The translations under genes were made by a program, and so were the position numbers. A DNA stretch of 54,818 bases, from the NCBI GenBank assembly GCA_013416795.1, contig RQSC01000482.1:1-54818 (forward strand). The letters run 5' to 3'. Positions 21,632-31,303 of this stretch are shown here, one piece after another (within the stretch, counting starts at the first letter, position 1; every line of letters starts with the position of its first letter). The notes beneath the pieces were generated by a model. The model did no database searches. It worked only from the letters and a program-made list of their open reading frames with translations, and was not told the DNA's origin. The stretch is from Prasinococcaceae sp. CCMP 1430 (taxonomy: Eukaryota; Plantae; Prasinodermophyta).

Positions 21632-24600
21632 GCCGCACTCGTCGCGGCGGCGGGCGGCAGCGGGGGTGGGGAAGCGGCGCGGGTCGAAGAGGCGCAGGAG
21701 CTGATGCCGGCGGAGCCGCGGCTCCCGCCCGAGGAGGAGGCGCGCGTGCTCGCCGAGTGCGAGGCGGCGGTGGGCGGCGTGCGCACGGACGGGCCGCCGC
21801 TGGCGATCGCCTTCGACGCGCCGCCCGCCCGCGGGGGAAAAATCAGCGTGCAGGCATCGAGCCAGTACGTGCCCATCGGCCACAACATGTCGGCGGCCGC
21901 CGCGGCGGCCGCGGCGGTGGCCGCCGCAGCCGTGGGCTCGCGCCGCACACCGCAGCGCGCGGCCGCCAGCCGCGCGGCTGCCGCTTCGAGGGGCCAGCGC
22001 AAGCGAACGGCCGACGAGATCGCCCTCGAGCGCCAGCAGAAAATGCTCGACAAGGAAGAGAGCAAGCGGCGGCGCCTGGAGGAGAAAGCGGCGCTGCGCG
22101 CGGCGAGCGTGCGCGACAAGCAGGCGGCCAGGGTGGCGGCCAAGGCGCAAGCCACGGCAGCCAAGGAGCAGGCGAGGCTGCTCAAAGAGCTCAACGCCGC
22201 GCGGCGCGCGGAGGAGACGCGCGCGCGGCAACAAGCAAAGGAGGCGGAGAAGCGAGCGCGAGCGGAAGCGAGGGAGGCAGAGGCTCGCGCGCGCGCGGAG
22301 GCCAAGGAGGCCGAGAAGCTGCAGAAGGAACGCGCGCGCCAGCAGCTGGCGGCGGATCGCGAGCGCGCGCGCGAGGAGAAAGCGGCCGAGAAGGAGCGCC
22401 TCAAGCTGGAGCGCGAGCGCCAGCGCGAGCAGGAGCGCCTCGCGCGCGAGGCCGAAAAGGCAATCTCCAAGGTAGCCATCGAGCTGCCTCGCGACGAGGA
22501 CCTCGAGCGCGCCAAGGCGGTGGTGGCCGCCGCGGAGGAGGCCGGCGTGGAGCCTCTCGTGGAGCGCCCACCGATGTCGACCGAGCTGGCGGCGTACGCG
22601 GCGGCGCTCCAGTCGGATGTGCTCGCGCGCCTTCTCGACAGTGCCGGTGGTAGCGCAGAGGGAGGCAGCGAGGCAGGCGACGACGAGGACGCGGTACCTT
22701 TTCCGCTGCTGGTGGACCTAGAGGCCCGCCTCGACGCCGCGCAGGGCGAGGGTACCGCGCGTGCAGCGGTCGCGCGCGCATGCGCCGTTGCGTGTCCTCC
22801 CGCCAGCTGTCGGCCGCGCGACCCGCTGCCCGAGCTCCCTGCTCATCTCGCACCGGTCGTGCTGTCGATGTGGGCGTTCTGCTCAGACTTCGGCCGCGAC
22901 CTCGGGCTCTGGCCTTTCACCGCGGCTGAGCTCGTCTCGGCGCTGCGCGCCGGCCGCGGGCGGCTTCTGACCGAGCTGCACCTCGTGCTCCTTCGCTTTG
23001 TTCTGTCGGACGTGGATGACGCGATCGATCAGGAGTCTGGCGAGCTCGTGTTGATGGGCACGCTCGCAGCGGCGCAGGCGGCCGTCACCTCGGCTCCGCG
23101 CCACCGCATGGACCCGCGCCACTGGTTGACGTTCCTCAACGAGCTCACGTGGCCCGAGGTGATGCGCCAGCTGGCTGTGTGCGCTGCATGGGAGGGAAGG
23201 GGGCCGAAGGCCGCCCAGGGGACGTGGGTGGAGGCGTTCGCCACCAAGGAGTACATCGAGGTCGGCATCGAGGCACGCGTGGAGGCACTGAGCGCGCTCC
23301 TGAGCAACGCGATGTCCAGTGGGCCCGTGCGCGAGGTGGTTGAGAGGCGTGAGACCATTGGCGCAACGGGCAAGCGGCTGATGTACCTGGAAAACCAGGT
23401 GTATCGCAAGCGCGACCGCGAGGAGGCATCGGCGGGGCGCGCGGCGGCCGCCGTGAGCGCGGAGGCCAAGGCGGCACACGACGCGCTGTTGCGTGTGCGC
23501 CGGCGCCAACGCGCGGCACGCAACGATGCGGTAGCAGCTATCGTGCGGGAGTTTGCCACGCGCGTGCACCAGCTGGGCGTCGACCGGAGGCACAATTCGT
23601 ACTTTGTCGCGGCTTCGCCTCATGGCCAGGGGAGCAGCCTGTACGTGGCACTGCAAGCGGCCCCGGCGGTCGACGAGGGTGCGGAGCGCGTGCTTGAGAT
23701 TGCTGATGAGGCGGGCCTCGACGCGCTGCTCGAGGCGCTCGAGCCGCGCGGCGTGCACGAGGGAGAGCTCAGGGAGGCGCTGCTGAAGGAGGCGGAGACC
23801 CTGCGGCCTGCTATGCGCGCGTCGGCGTATGCGCTTGCAAGCGCGGAGCGCACGCGCGTGCTCGTTTCGGGGGTCATCGACGACGGGGAGGCCGATACGC
23901 TTGCTGTTGGCCGCGCAATGACTCGCGCTTCCGAGACGAACGACAGCCCATGCGCTCTACCGGCGGGCACCGAGATCCCGTTGGAATACGTCCGGGCTGC
24001 TGCGCTCGACATGCAGCGCGCGCTCCCGCCAGAGGGGCTGCGAGAGGGCTGGGACGTTGAGGGCTGGCGCGCGGCCGTCAGCGCGGCACGCACCGGCGGT
24101 GACGTGCTCGAAGCCCTCAGCGTGCTCGAGGGCGAATTCGTCACCGGCTGGGTGAGCCTGCGGCTGCTGCCGGCGCCGGGCGCGCCGCGTGTCGACTTTG
24201 TGGTGCAGGTCCCGCCCGAGGGCGAGGTGGTCGATGATGGCGCGGGTGGCGCCGACGGTAGCGCCTCGGGAGGAGATAGTGCGGCCGAGGCCGAGGCCGA
24301 CGCCGTCGAGCCCGAACGTGTGGAGATCGCGGCCGACTGGCCCGCGACGACGTCGGCGGCAGCAGCGCTACGCCTCTTCCTGTTGGACTACGCGGTGAGC
24401 TATAGCTCGGACGAGCTGTCGGCGCTTGACAGCGACGAGCGCTTTGCCACCAACCAGCCGTGCACCAAACCCACGGAGGGGGCGGGCATCGAGGGTGCTG
24501 TGCTTTCCCCCGAGGAGATGGCGGCGGCGCAGGCCGCCGAGGAAGAGGAGGCCGCGCGCGCCGCCGAGGAGGCAGCTGAGCGCGCGAGAGAGCGCAAGCT

Positions 24601-24727
24601 TTCCAAACGCGGCGTGTCGCTCAAGCGTGGCCTCAAATGGCCGCAATTCCCGGAGAAGATCGCGAAGGGCCCGCGCGTCGAGTTCGCGCTGCCGAGCGAG
24701 CAGTTTCGTAGGCTGCTCCGCGGGTGA
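21632..24727 (+). CDS. DDT/WHIM-domain chromatin protein (RINGLET/RLT-like ISWI partner); 5' part in N gap
   Basis: DGPPLAIAFDAPP, a long charged coiled coil, DDT domain (MWAFCSDFGRDLGLWPFTAAEL), LNELTWPEVMRQ, WHIM1 (YIEVGIEARVEALSAL) and WSD-like LGVDRRHNSYF / LLEALEPRGVHEGELREAL. Confidence 0.85.
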   Translation, partial: AALVAAAGGSGGGEAARVEEAQELMPAEPRLPPEEEARVLAECEAAVGGVRTDGPPLAIAFDAPPARGGKISVQASSQYVPIGHNMSAAAAAAAAVAAAAVGSRRTPQRAAASRAAAASRGQRKRTADEIALERQQKMLDKEESKRRRLEEKAALRAASVRDKQAARVAAKAQATAAKEQARLLKELNAARRAEETRARQQAKEAEKRARAEAREAEARARAEAKEAEKLQKERARQQLAADRERAREEKAAEKERLKLERERQREQERLAREAEKAISKVAIELPRDEDLERAKAVVAAAEEAGVEPLVERPPMSTELAAYAAALQSDVLARLLDSAGGSAEGGSEAGDDEDAVPFPLLVDLEARLDAAQGEGTARAAVARACAVACPPASCRPRDPLPELPAHLAPVVLSMWAFCSDFGRDLGLWPFTAAELVSALRAGRGRLLTELHLVLLRFVLSDVDDAIDQESGELVLMGTLAAAQAAVTSAPRHRMDPRHWLTFLNELTWPEVMRQLAVCAAWEGRGPKAAQGTWVEAFATKEYIEVGIEARVEALSALLSNAMSSGPVREVVERRETIGATGKRLMYLENQVYRKRDREEASAGRAAAAVSAEAKAAHDALLRVRRRQRAARNDAVAAIVREFATRVHQLGVDRRHNSYFVAASPHGQGSSLYVALQAAPAVDEGAERVLEIADEAGLDALLEALEPRGVHEGELREALLKEAETLRPAMRASAYALASAERTRVLVSGVIDDGEADTLAVGRAMTRASETNDSPCALPAGTEIPLEYVRAAALDMQRALPPEGLREGWDVEGWRAAVSAARTGGDVLEALSVLEGEFVTGWVSLRLLPAPGAPRVDFVVQVPPEGEVVDDGAGGADGSASGGDSAAEAEADAVEPERVEIAADWPATTSAAAALRLFLLDYAVSYSSDELSALDSDERFATNQPCTKPTEGAGIEGAVLSPEEMAAAQAAEEEEAARAAEEAAERARERKLSKRGVSLKRGLKWPQFPEKIAKGPRVEFALPSEQFRRLLRG

Positions 24728-24943
24728 GCGCGGCCCTCAAATTAATTCATGCGCGTCCACCACACACGATGTGCCGCGCGGCGTTCGCAGCGTCATCGTC
24801 GAGCACCTGCGCTTGCGAAGGGCACTCTTTTGACCACCCACCCCACAGTGCGTCACCCGTCCAAATCCCCCCCTTCGTTCGGCAGGTCATGTATGCATGT
24901 GTACATTTGCTTAGTTTACAGGACGCGTGTCCGCGCTCCGCAC

Positions 24944-26809
24944 TCACTCCTGTGCGACGTGCGGCCTCATGCGTTTCTTCTTCTGCGCGCCGCCGCTGCC
25001 CTTGTCGCCCTTGCGCTTGCCCCCCTTTTCGCCTTTGCCACCTTTGCCGCCCTTGCCGCCGCCGCCCGAGCCGCCCTTGCGCCCGACGGCCGCGGGCGGC
25101 TCACGCAGGCCGAACGCCTTCGCTACGTGCCCCAAGTGCAGCTTCTTGACGTGGAAGATTGCCTTGAGCGACTTGGCGTGCGCAGCATACGCTCGGATGT
25201 GGGACACGAAGGCGTCGCGTGCGGCGGCAGCGCACGATGCTCTTCGCGACACCTGCTGCTCCAGCGCGCGGCTTACCGCGCTCACAAGCGGGTGGAACGC
25301 CAGCGCCTCAACCTCGGGGTCGGGCCCCGGCAGCTGCGAGGCCGCCTTGGGGAAAAACTTTCTGCCCGCCGTGCCGTTCAGCTGCGCGGCCTCGATGGTG
25401 GCGGAGAACTGCGAGGGTGACAGCTCCGCACCTGCATCCCGCAGCACGTCCACGTACTGCACCTCCGTCGGCAGTAGGAAGAGCGTGGCTACGCCGGAGC
25501 GGCCGGCGCGCGCCGCGCGGCCAATGCGGTGCACATACTCGCTCGCCTCGCCGGGCGCGTCGAACTGTACAATCTCCGTGAGACCGGGAAAGTCGAGCCC
25601 GCGGGCGGCGACGTCCGTGCACAGCAATGCGGCGCTGGTAGCCTGCGAGAAGGCGCGCGTCTGCGCGGCGCGCTCCGCCTGCGGCATGCTCCCATGCAGG
25701 CGGTACAACGGCAGAGGGATGAAGGCGCCGCCTTCGTCGCCCGCGTCGCCGCCCACCCCGCCGCCGCTGCCGCCGACGCTCACGCCGCGGAGCCCCGAGA
25801 GCGCCATGTGGTGAAAGTCCACCGTCTGGCACGTGGAGAGGAACACCACCAGCTTGGCACTCCCCGAGTCGGCCAAGGCGGCAGCGCGCAGGTGCAGCGC
25901 TAGCGCAGCCATGCGCGCGCGGCAGGGCAGCAGCGCGTAGCGCTGCTTGAGCGTTCGCGGCACTGCCGCGAATGCGCCGGTCGCCGCGGCGCCACTTTCG
26001 GCCCCGCCGTCCGCCTCGCCGTCCGCGGCGCCCCCCTTGAAGCCCACACGCGCGGGTCGGCGCAGCGAGACCTTCGCCAGGCGCTCCACGTCCGCTGTGA
26101 GCGTCGCGGAGAGCAGCGCGCTCTGCCAGCGTTCGCGCATGAGGCGCTCGCCCAAGAGCTCCAGGATGGCGTTGAGGTCCCTCTCGAAGCCGAGGTCCAG
26201 CAGCCTGTCGGCTTCGTCAAGGACGAGCCACCGCAGCGCCTCCGTCTTGAACGCCTGCGTCTTTTGCAGGTGGTCCAGCAGCCTGCCCGGGGTGGCCACG
26301 AGCACGGTGATGCCCTTGCGCAGGCGCGCCTTCTCCCGGTCGCGGCTCTCGCCGCCGGTGACCGCGCCCGGCACGAGCCAGATGTAGCGCTTGGTGAGAG
26401 CCTCCAGAAGCGCGAGCACCTGGGCGGCAAGCTCGCGCGTCGGCACGATGACGAGCGCGGCGGCGCCGTCCGCGCGCGACAGCCGCGGTTCGGCTGCGCC
26501 GAGCGAGTGCACGATGGGCGCGGCGTACGCGAGCGTCTTGCCGCTGCCTGTCGCGGCGTTCACCAGCGCGTCGCGGCCCGACAGCAGCACGGGGATGGCT
26601 TGGCGCTGCACGCCCGTCGGCCGCGCGAAGCCCACCTTTGGCCCCTCGATGTGCGCGGCGAGCGCCGGCGCGAGGCCGAGCTCGCCGAACGTGCCGCCCG
26701 TGCGTGTCGCAGCGTCGGCGGCCTCGCCACCCGCGGCACCGGCCGCCACCCGCTCCGCCGACGGCCGCGGCAACGGCAGCCCGTCGGCGGCGCCCCTGGG
26801 GAGCGACAT
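24944..26809 (-). CDS. DBP7: DEAD-box RNA helicase, DBP7/DDX31/RH17 type
   Basis: Q motif, ATGSGKT, PTRELA, EKARLRKGITVLVATPGRLLDHL, DEAD, SAT, ARGLD, HRIGRAAR and C-terminal LHLGHVAKAFGLREPP. TGTAA on the minus strand at 24916-24920. Confidence 0.92.
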   Translation of the reverse strand: MSLPRGAADGLPLPRPSAERVAAGAAGGEAADAATRTGGTFGELGLAPALAAHIEGPKVGFARPTGVQRQAIPVLLSGRDALVNAATGSGKTLAYAAPIVHSLGAAEPRLSRADGAAALVIVPTRELAAQVLALLEALTKRYIWLVPGAVTGGESRDREKARLRKGITVLVATPGRLLDHLQKTQAFKTEALRWLVLDEADRLLDLGFERDLNAILELLGERLMRERWQSALLSATLTADVERLAKVSLRRPARVGFKGGAADGEADGGAESGAAATGAFAAVPRTLKQRYALLPCRARMAALALHLRAAALADSGSAKLVVFLSTCQTVDFHHMALSGLRGVSVGGSGGGVGGDAGDEGGAFIPLPLYRLHGSMPQAERAAQTRAFSQATSAALLCTDVAARGLDFPGLTEIVQFDAPGEASEYVHRIGRAARAGRSGVATLFLLPTEVQYVDVLRDAGAELSPSQFSATIEAAQLNGTAGRKFFPKAASQLPGPDPEVEALAFHPLVSAVSRALEQQVSRRASCAAAARDAFVSHIRAYAAHAKSLKAIFHVKKLHLGHVAKAFGLREPPAAVGRKGGSGGGGKGGKGGKGEKGGKRKGDKGSGGAQKKKRMRPHVAQE

Positions 26810-27011
26810 CGAGGTGGACGTTCGTGGCACGCGCCTCGCCACGCGCCTCCTATGGCGCCCCCTCCCTCCCTCGCCCGCCTCAACCCCGCACCGCCGTCCC
26901 TCCCCCCCACACACACACACCCTTGGCCCAGCGCTCGGCGCGCCGCCGCCCGCCGCCAGCCGCCGCGCTGCGGGCGCGGCCCTCGCGCTTTGGACCCTCT
27001 CAAGGTCCTTC

Positions 27012-27045
27012 AAAAACCCTAAATACCCAATTCAAACCTAAACCT
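27012..27045 (+). promoter_or_regulatory. Telo-box-like cluster in the DBP7/HECT divergent promoter
   Basis: AAAACCCTAAA followed by AAACCTAAACC. Confidence 0.6.
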
Positions 27046-27171
27046 CGCCCGCGGCGTGCCCGTTCCCGGGGTCTTCCGGAGGAGCGAGCGCCAAGCGCGC
27101 CGCGGCGCCACACACCCCACCCCGCCCACCCATCCCTGCCTGCGCTGCAGGCGGGGAGTGGGGGTAAGGGG

Positions 27172-30100
27172 ATGGCGGCGGCGTACGTGTGGGGGGTGGC
27201 GGTGCCGGGCTCGGCGGAGGCGTGCGACGAGGAGGGCTCGGCCGCGCCGGTGCGCGCGGGTGGCGGCGAGGCGTTCGCGCGCGCGGAGGCGGCGCTGCTG
27301 CGGGCCGACAGCGGGGCGCCCGCGCTCTAGGGGGCGTCAGACCGCGGGCAGCTCGGCGTGGGCGGTGGTGTGGCGCGCGCAGAGGCCGCGGCGCCGCAGA
27401 GGCTGGAAGCGCTCGAGACGCGCGGCGCAGTGGTGGCGGTCGCGCTGGGCGAGGAACACGCTGCCGCCGTCACCGCCGACGGCGCGGCGTACTGCTGGGG
27501 GGCGGGCGAGTACGGCCAGCTTGCCAACAACGTGTCGGCGCAGCGCACGAAGGCGCTCAACGCGGGCGAGAGCCGCTACGACCTGTCGGATCGCGGCGCG
27601 CCGCGGCCGGTGCGCGAGCTCGCGCAGAAGCGCGTGCGCGTGGTGGGCGTGGCGTGCGGCGAGCGCCACACGGCGTTCCTGGGCGACGCGTGCGACGTGT
27701 GGGGAGCGGGCGATGCCAGCTGCGGCGCGCTCGGCGTCGGCGCGGGCGGCGCGCGAGCAGCCCCAGTTCCAACGCGCTGCGAGGCGCTGTGGGGGCTGCC
27801 AGTGACGCGCATCGCGGCGGGCGACGCGCACACCCTCTGCATCACCGCGGGCGGCGCGCTGTGGGGATGGGGTCGGAACAACAAAGGCCAACTCGGCATC
27901 GGCGTCGTGTCTCCCCAGGAGCCGCTCCCCCGCCGAGCGGCGCTGCCCGAAGGCGCCGCGGCGACAGCAGCGGCCGGCGGCGGCTCGTTCTCGGTGGTGG
28001 TATCGGCGTGCGGCGCGTGCTACGCGATGGGCGACAATCGCATGGGGCAACTGGGGCGATCGCTGCACGAACCCATGCAAGTGCGGCCGACGCGCGTGAG
28101 CGCCGTCGAGGCGCTCACACACGGCGCGTGCGCGCGTGCGTGTGCGGCAGGAACCGCCCACGCACTGCTGCTGTGCTCGGGCGGGCGCGTGATCGCTTGG
28201 GGTGCCAACGAGGTGGGGCAGTGCGGCACAGGAGCGCGTGAGGCGATGTCGGCACCGGCAGTAGTGCGCGGGCTTCCGACGGCTGCGGTTTGCGTCGCGG
28301 CGGGGGCAGACACATCGGTGGCGCTGTGCAGTGAGAGCGCGGCGGCGGTGGAACCGCGCGCGCCTTCATTTTGGACAGCAGAGGGCATACAGCGAGCGAT
28401 CGACGTGGCGCAGGCGAGCGGTGACGTCGTACCTCTCCTTCGGCGCCTCGAAGGTTCGCTTGGCAAACTCGAGATATTCAATGGCTCGTTCCGCGGCGGT
28501 AGCGCCGATCCGACGCGGGGTACACCGGCTGAACGCGAGGCTGCGGTGCAGTGGGCGATTGACGCGCGAGGCGCCGAGCGCGCGTACAACGCTCTTTGCC
28601 GCGCGCACGCGGGAGGCGCGACGGTGCTCGCACAGTGCGCGCAGAAGGCGCTCGCGTCTCTGCGGCGTGGCGCACAGGCGCGCGGCGCGCAGGCGCAGGC
28701 GACTGCGTGGAGCGCTGAGCGCGTGCGCTTCCTCCCGCTGGTGCTCCAGTCTCCTGCTGTGCGCCAGACGACGCTAGAGGCGCGCGTGCTCTTTGCGGAT
28801 GTCACCAATGCCGTGCGCCTACTGCCGCGAGGCTTGAAGGAGGATCTCGTGCGCGTGTGGAGGTCCTACCCGACGGAGCTGCTGGTGTCAAGGTTAATTC
28901 GCCCGGTGGTACGCCACATCGCCTTCGGAATACAGAACGCGGCTGCCAAGGGCAAGATGCGGTCACCCATCACCGGCGCGCCCCTTGCCGCCCCCGACGC
29001 ATGGGGGCCGAGCAGCGTGGGCGACGGGGTGCCGCAGGCGGCCGAGTTGCTCAAGACTATGTGGCGCGCTGCCTGCGTAGACGCAAAGGTCAGGAGCGTG
29101 GGTGACGCGGGCAATGCCTGCGACGGCCGCCTTAATGCAGCTGAGGCCGACTGTGCTGGAGACAGGCTCATTCACGCGCGAGAGTTTGCCATCGGCGAGA
29201 TCGCACGCAGCGTGGACCTCCACCTTGACTTCTTGGAGCTCATCAAGCCTACGCCGACGCGCGCGCAGCTGCCCCCTTTCTGCTTCTGCTCCATGCCCTT
29301 CCTGCTCGACGCCGAGGCCAAGCGGCAGGTGGTCTGCTTCGCAGCCATGCTCAAGATGGGGCAGGAGCTCAACAGCGATGCGGGTGACGGGGAGCCACCG
29401 AACTTCTTTGAAATTAGCGTACGACGCACGAGCCTGGTGGCTGATGGTGCGGCGGCAGTGCTCTCCGCTTCGCGCGACGAGCTCGCACGACCACTCCGAA
29501 TACATTTCGTAGGAGAAGATGGTGTCGACCACGGTGGACCCCTACGCGAGTTCTTCCAGCTCGCGCTGGCGGCACTCACTACCAATTCACGTGTGTGCAC
29601 GTACAGCGAGGCCAGCCGCACGCAGTGGCTGACTCATGGCTTGGAACAGCCGTCCACGCGAGCGATGCGCATCGATGATACTGTCGATGCGGTGGCCGGT
29701 GTCGATCGGTGCGGCGGAGGCGGTGGCAGCAGCGGCCTCGACTCGTCGTACGCCCGCTTCGATCAGCTCGACCGCCAATTGCGTCGCGTGGAGGACCTGG
29801 GCAACGGCGCGTGGGTGCAAATGGAACAAGACGCGGCCGAAGGAACAGAACAGGGCGCAGATGCCCACGCGCGCACGAGCGGCGGCGACGGCGCAAGCGA
29901 GCACACTGACATGGGTGCAGTTAGTGACGCTGGCACCGTGCGCTCGCTGGGCATGGACGCCTTCCGGCTGATGGGCCTGCTCATTGGGCTCGCTGTGCAC
30001 AACGGCGTCACGTGCGCGCTGCGTTTCCCACCGGTGCTATGGCGCAGGCTCCTCCTCGCATGCCGCGAGGCCAGCGGTGGTGCCGCCATGCGCACGCAGT

Positions 30101-30816
30101 CGCGCCTCTGGGCTGCCAGCGCCGACACTTTCGACCTCGCCGACGTATCTTACACCCTCGATGAGCTCGCGGGCGTCGACAGTGCGCTGGCAGAGACACT
30201 CGGCCGCGTCCTGCACTACGACGGTGACGTCGGGGCCGACATGGGGTTGTTCTTCACGACCGCGGAGGGACACGAGCTCTACCCAGGCTCGGCTGACGAG
30301 GCAGTCACCAACGACAACAGAGAGGAGTTTGTGAAGCGCTACATCAAGTGGGTGTTGCGTGACTCAGTGAAGGCGCAGCTGGCGGCTCTGTGCGGCGGTT
30401 TTGCCCAGCTCGTGGCGGGTCCTGCTGCGGCCATCCTGACGCCGGATGATCTCGAGCAGATCGTGTGTGGGCTACCTCACCTCGACTTCAAGGCGTTGGA
30501 GGCGTCGACTCGCTACGAGGGCGGCTACAGCAAGGACACTCCCGTGGTGCGCTGGTTCTGGAAAGTGGTGCACTCGCGGCCGCTCGCGTGGCAGCGGCGC
30601 CTGCTGACGTTCGTCACGGCATCGGCGCGCGCACCGCTCGGTGGCCTGGGCAAGCTCGGCCTGACGCTGCAGCGAGCCGGCCCTGATACGAACAGGCTGC
30701 CCACGGCCAGCACGTGCTTCCACGTGCTGCTGATGCCCGAGTACGCCGACGAGGCGAAGGTCGCCTCCAAGCTGGACGCGGCTCTCAGGCACGCGCACGG
30801 CTTTGGCAACGAGTGA
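27172..30816 (+). CDS. RCC1-repeat + HECT E3 ubiquitin ligase (small-HERC-like); one in-frame TAG at 27328-27330
   Basis: RCC1 repeats (WGAGEYGQL, VACGERHT, WGRNNKGQLG, WGANEVGQCG). HECT domain (FVGEDGVDHGGPLREFF, WFWKVV, LPTASTCF with the catalytic Cys). TGTAA at 30981. Confidence 0.92.
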
Positions 30817-31303
30817 GTCATGCGCGCACCGGCCAGCGAATTCGCGTGGCTCTGAGCTCCGATGTCGGCACAGCGAGCGCGCGAGCGCGCGAGCAGCGTG
30901 GGCACGCGTGCGCGACCAGGCTGGGCGGTGGCGCCACAGCTTCGAGAGAGCCAGCACTGTGTGTATGATAGAGCGATGTCTGTAATAAGAGCGTGTGCGC
31001 GACGTGTGAGGTTTGCATTGCGCGCAGTGGACGTTGACATTCATCGTTCGATCCGAAGTCCGGTTCCCGACCGAGGGTTTGAACCAGAAACCCAATCGTC
31101 TGCCCGACCCCTGGAGGGCCATGGCCCGATGCGAAAGAAGGAAAATCGGGTCAAAGTCCGCCAACGCTCACAGCGACGCACGCGCACTCGCGCCGTACCG
31201 CATCGCGCCTCGGCGGCGCCGCGCCACAGCGCGCGTGCAGGCCTTCGCGCGGCCTGTCCCGCGTGGCGGGGGGCGGGAGGGGGCGACGAGGCGGGGGGCG
31301 GAG

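Noticed and set aside
27328-27330. Genome-wide TAG reassignment
   Set aside because: TAG terminates other genes at homologous stop positions (protease copy 2 vs copy 3, and DAGK).
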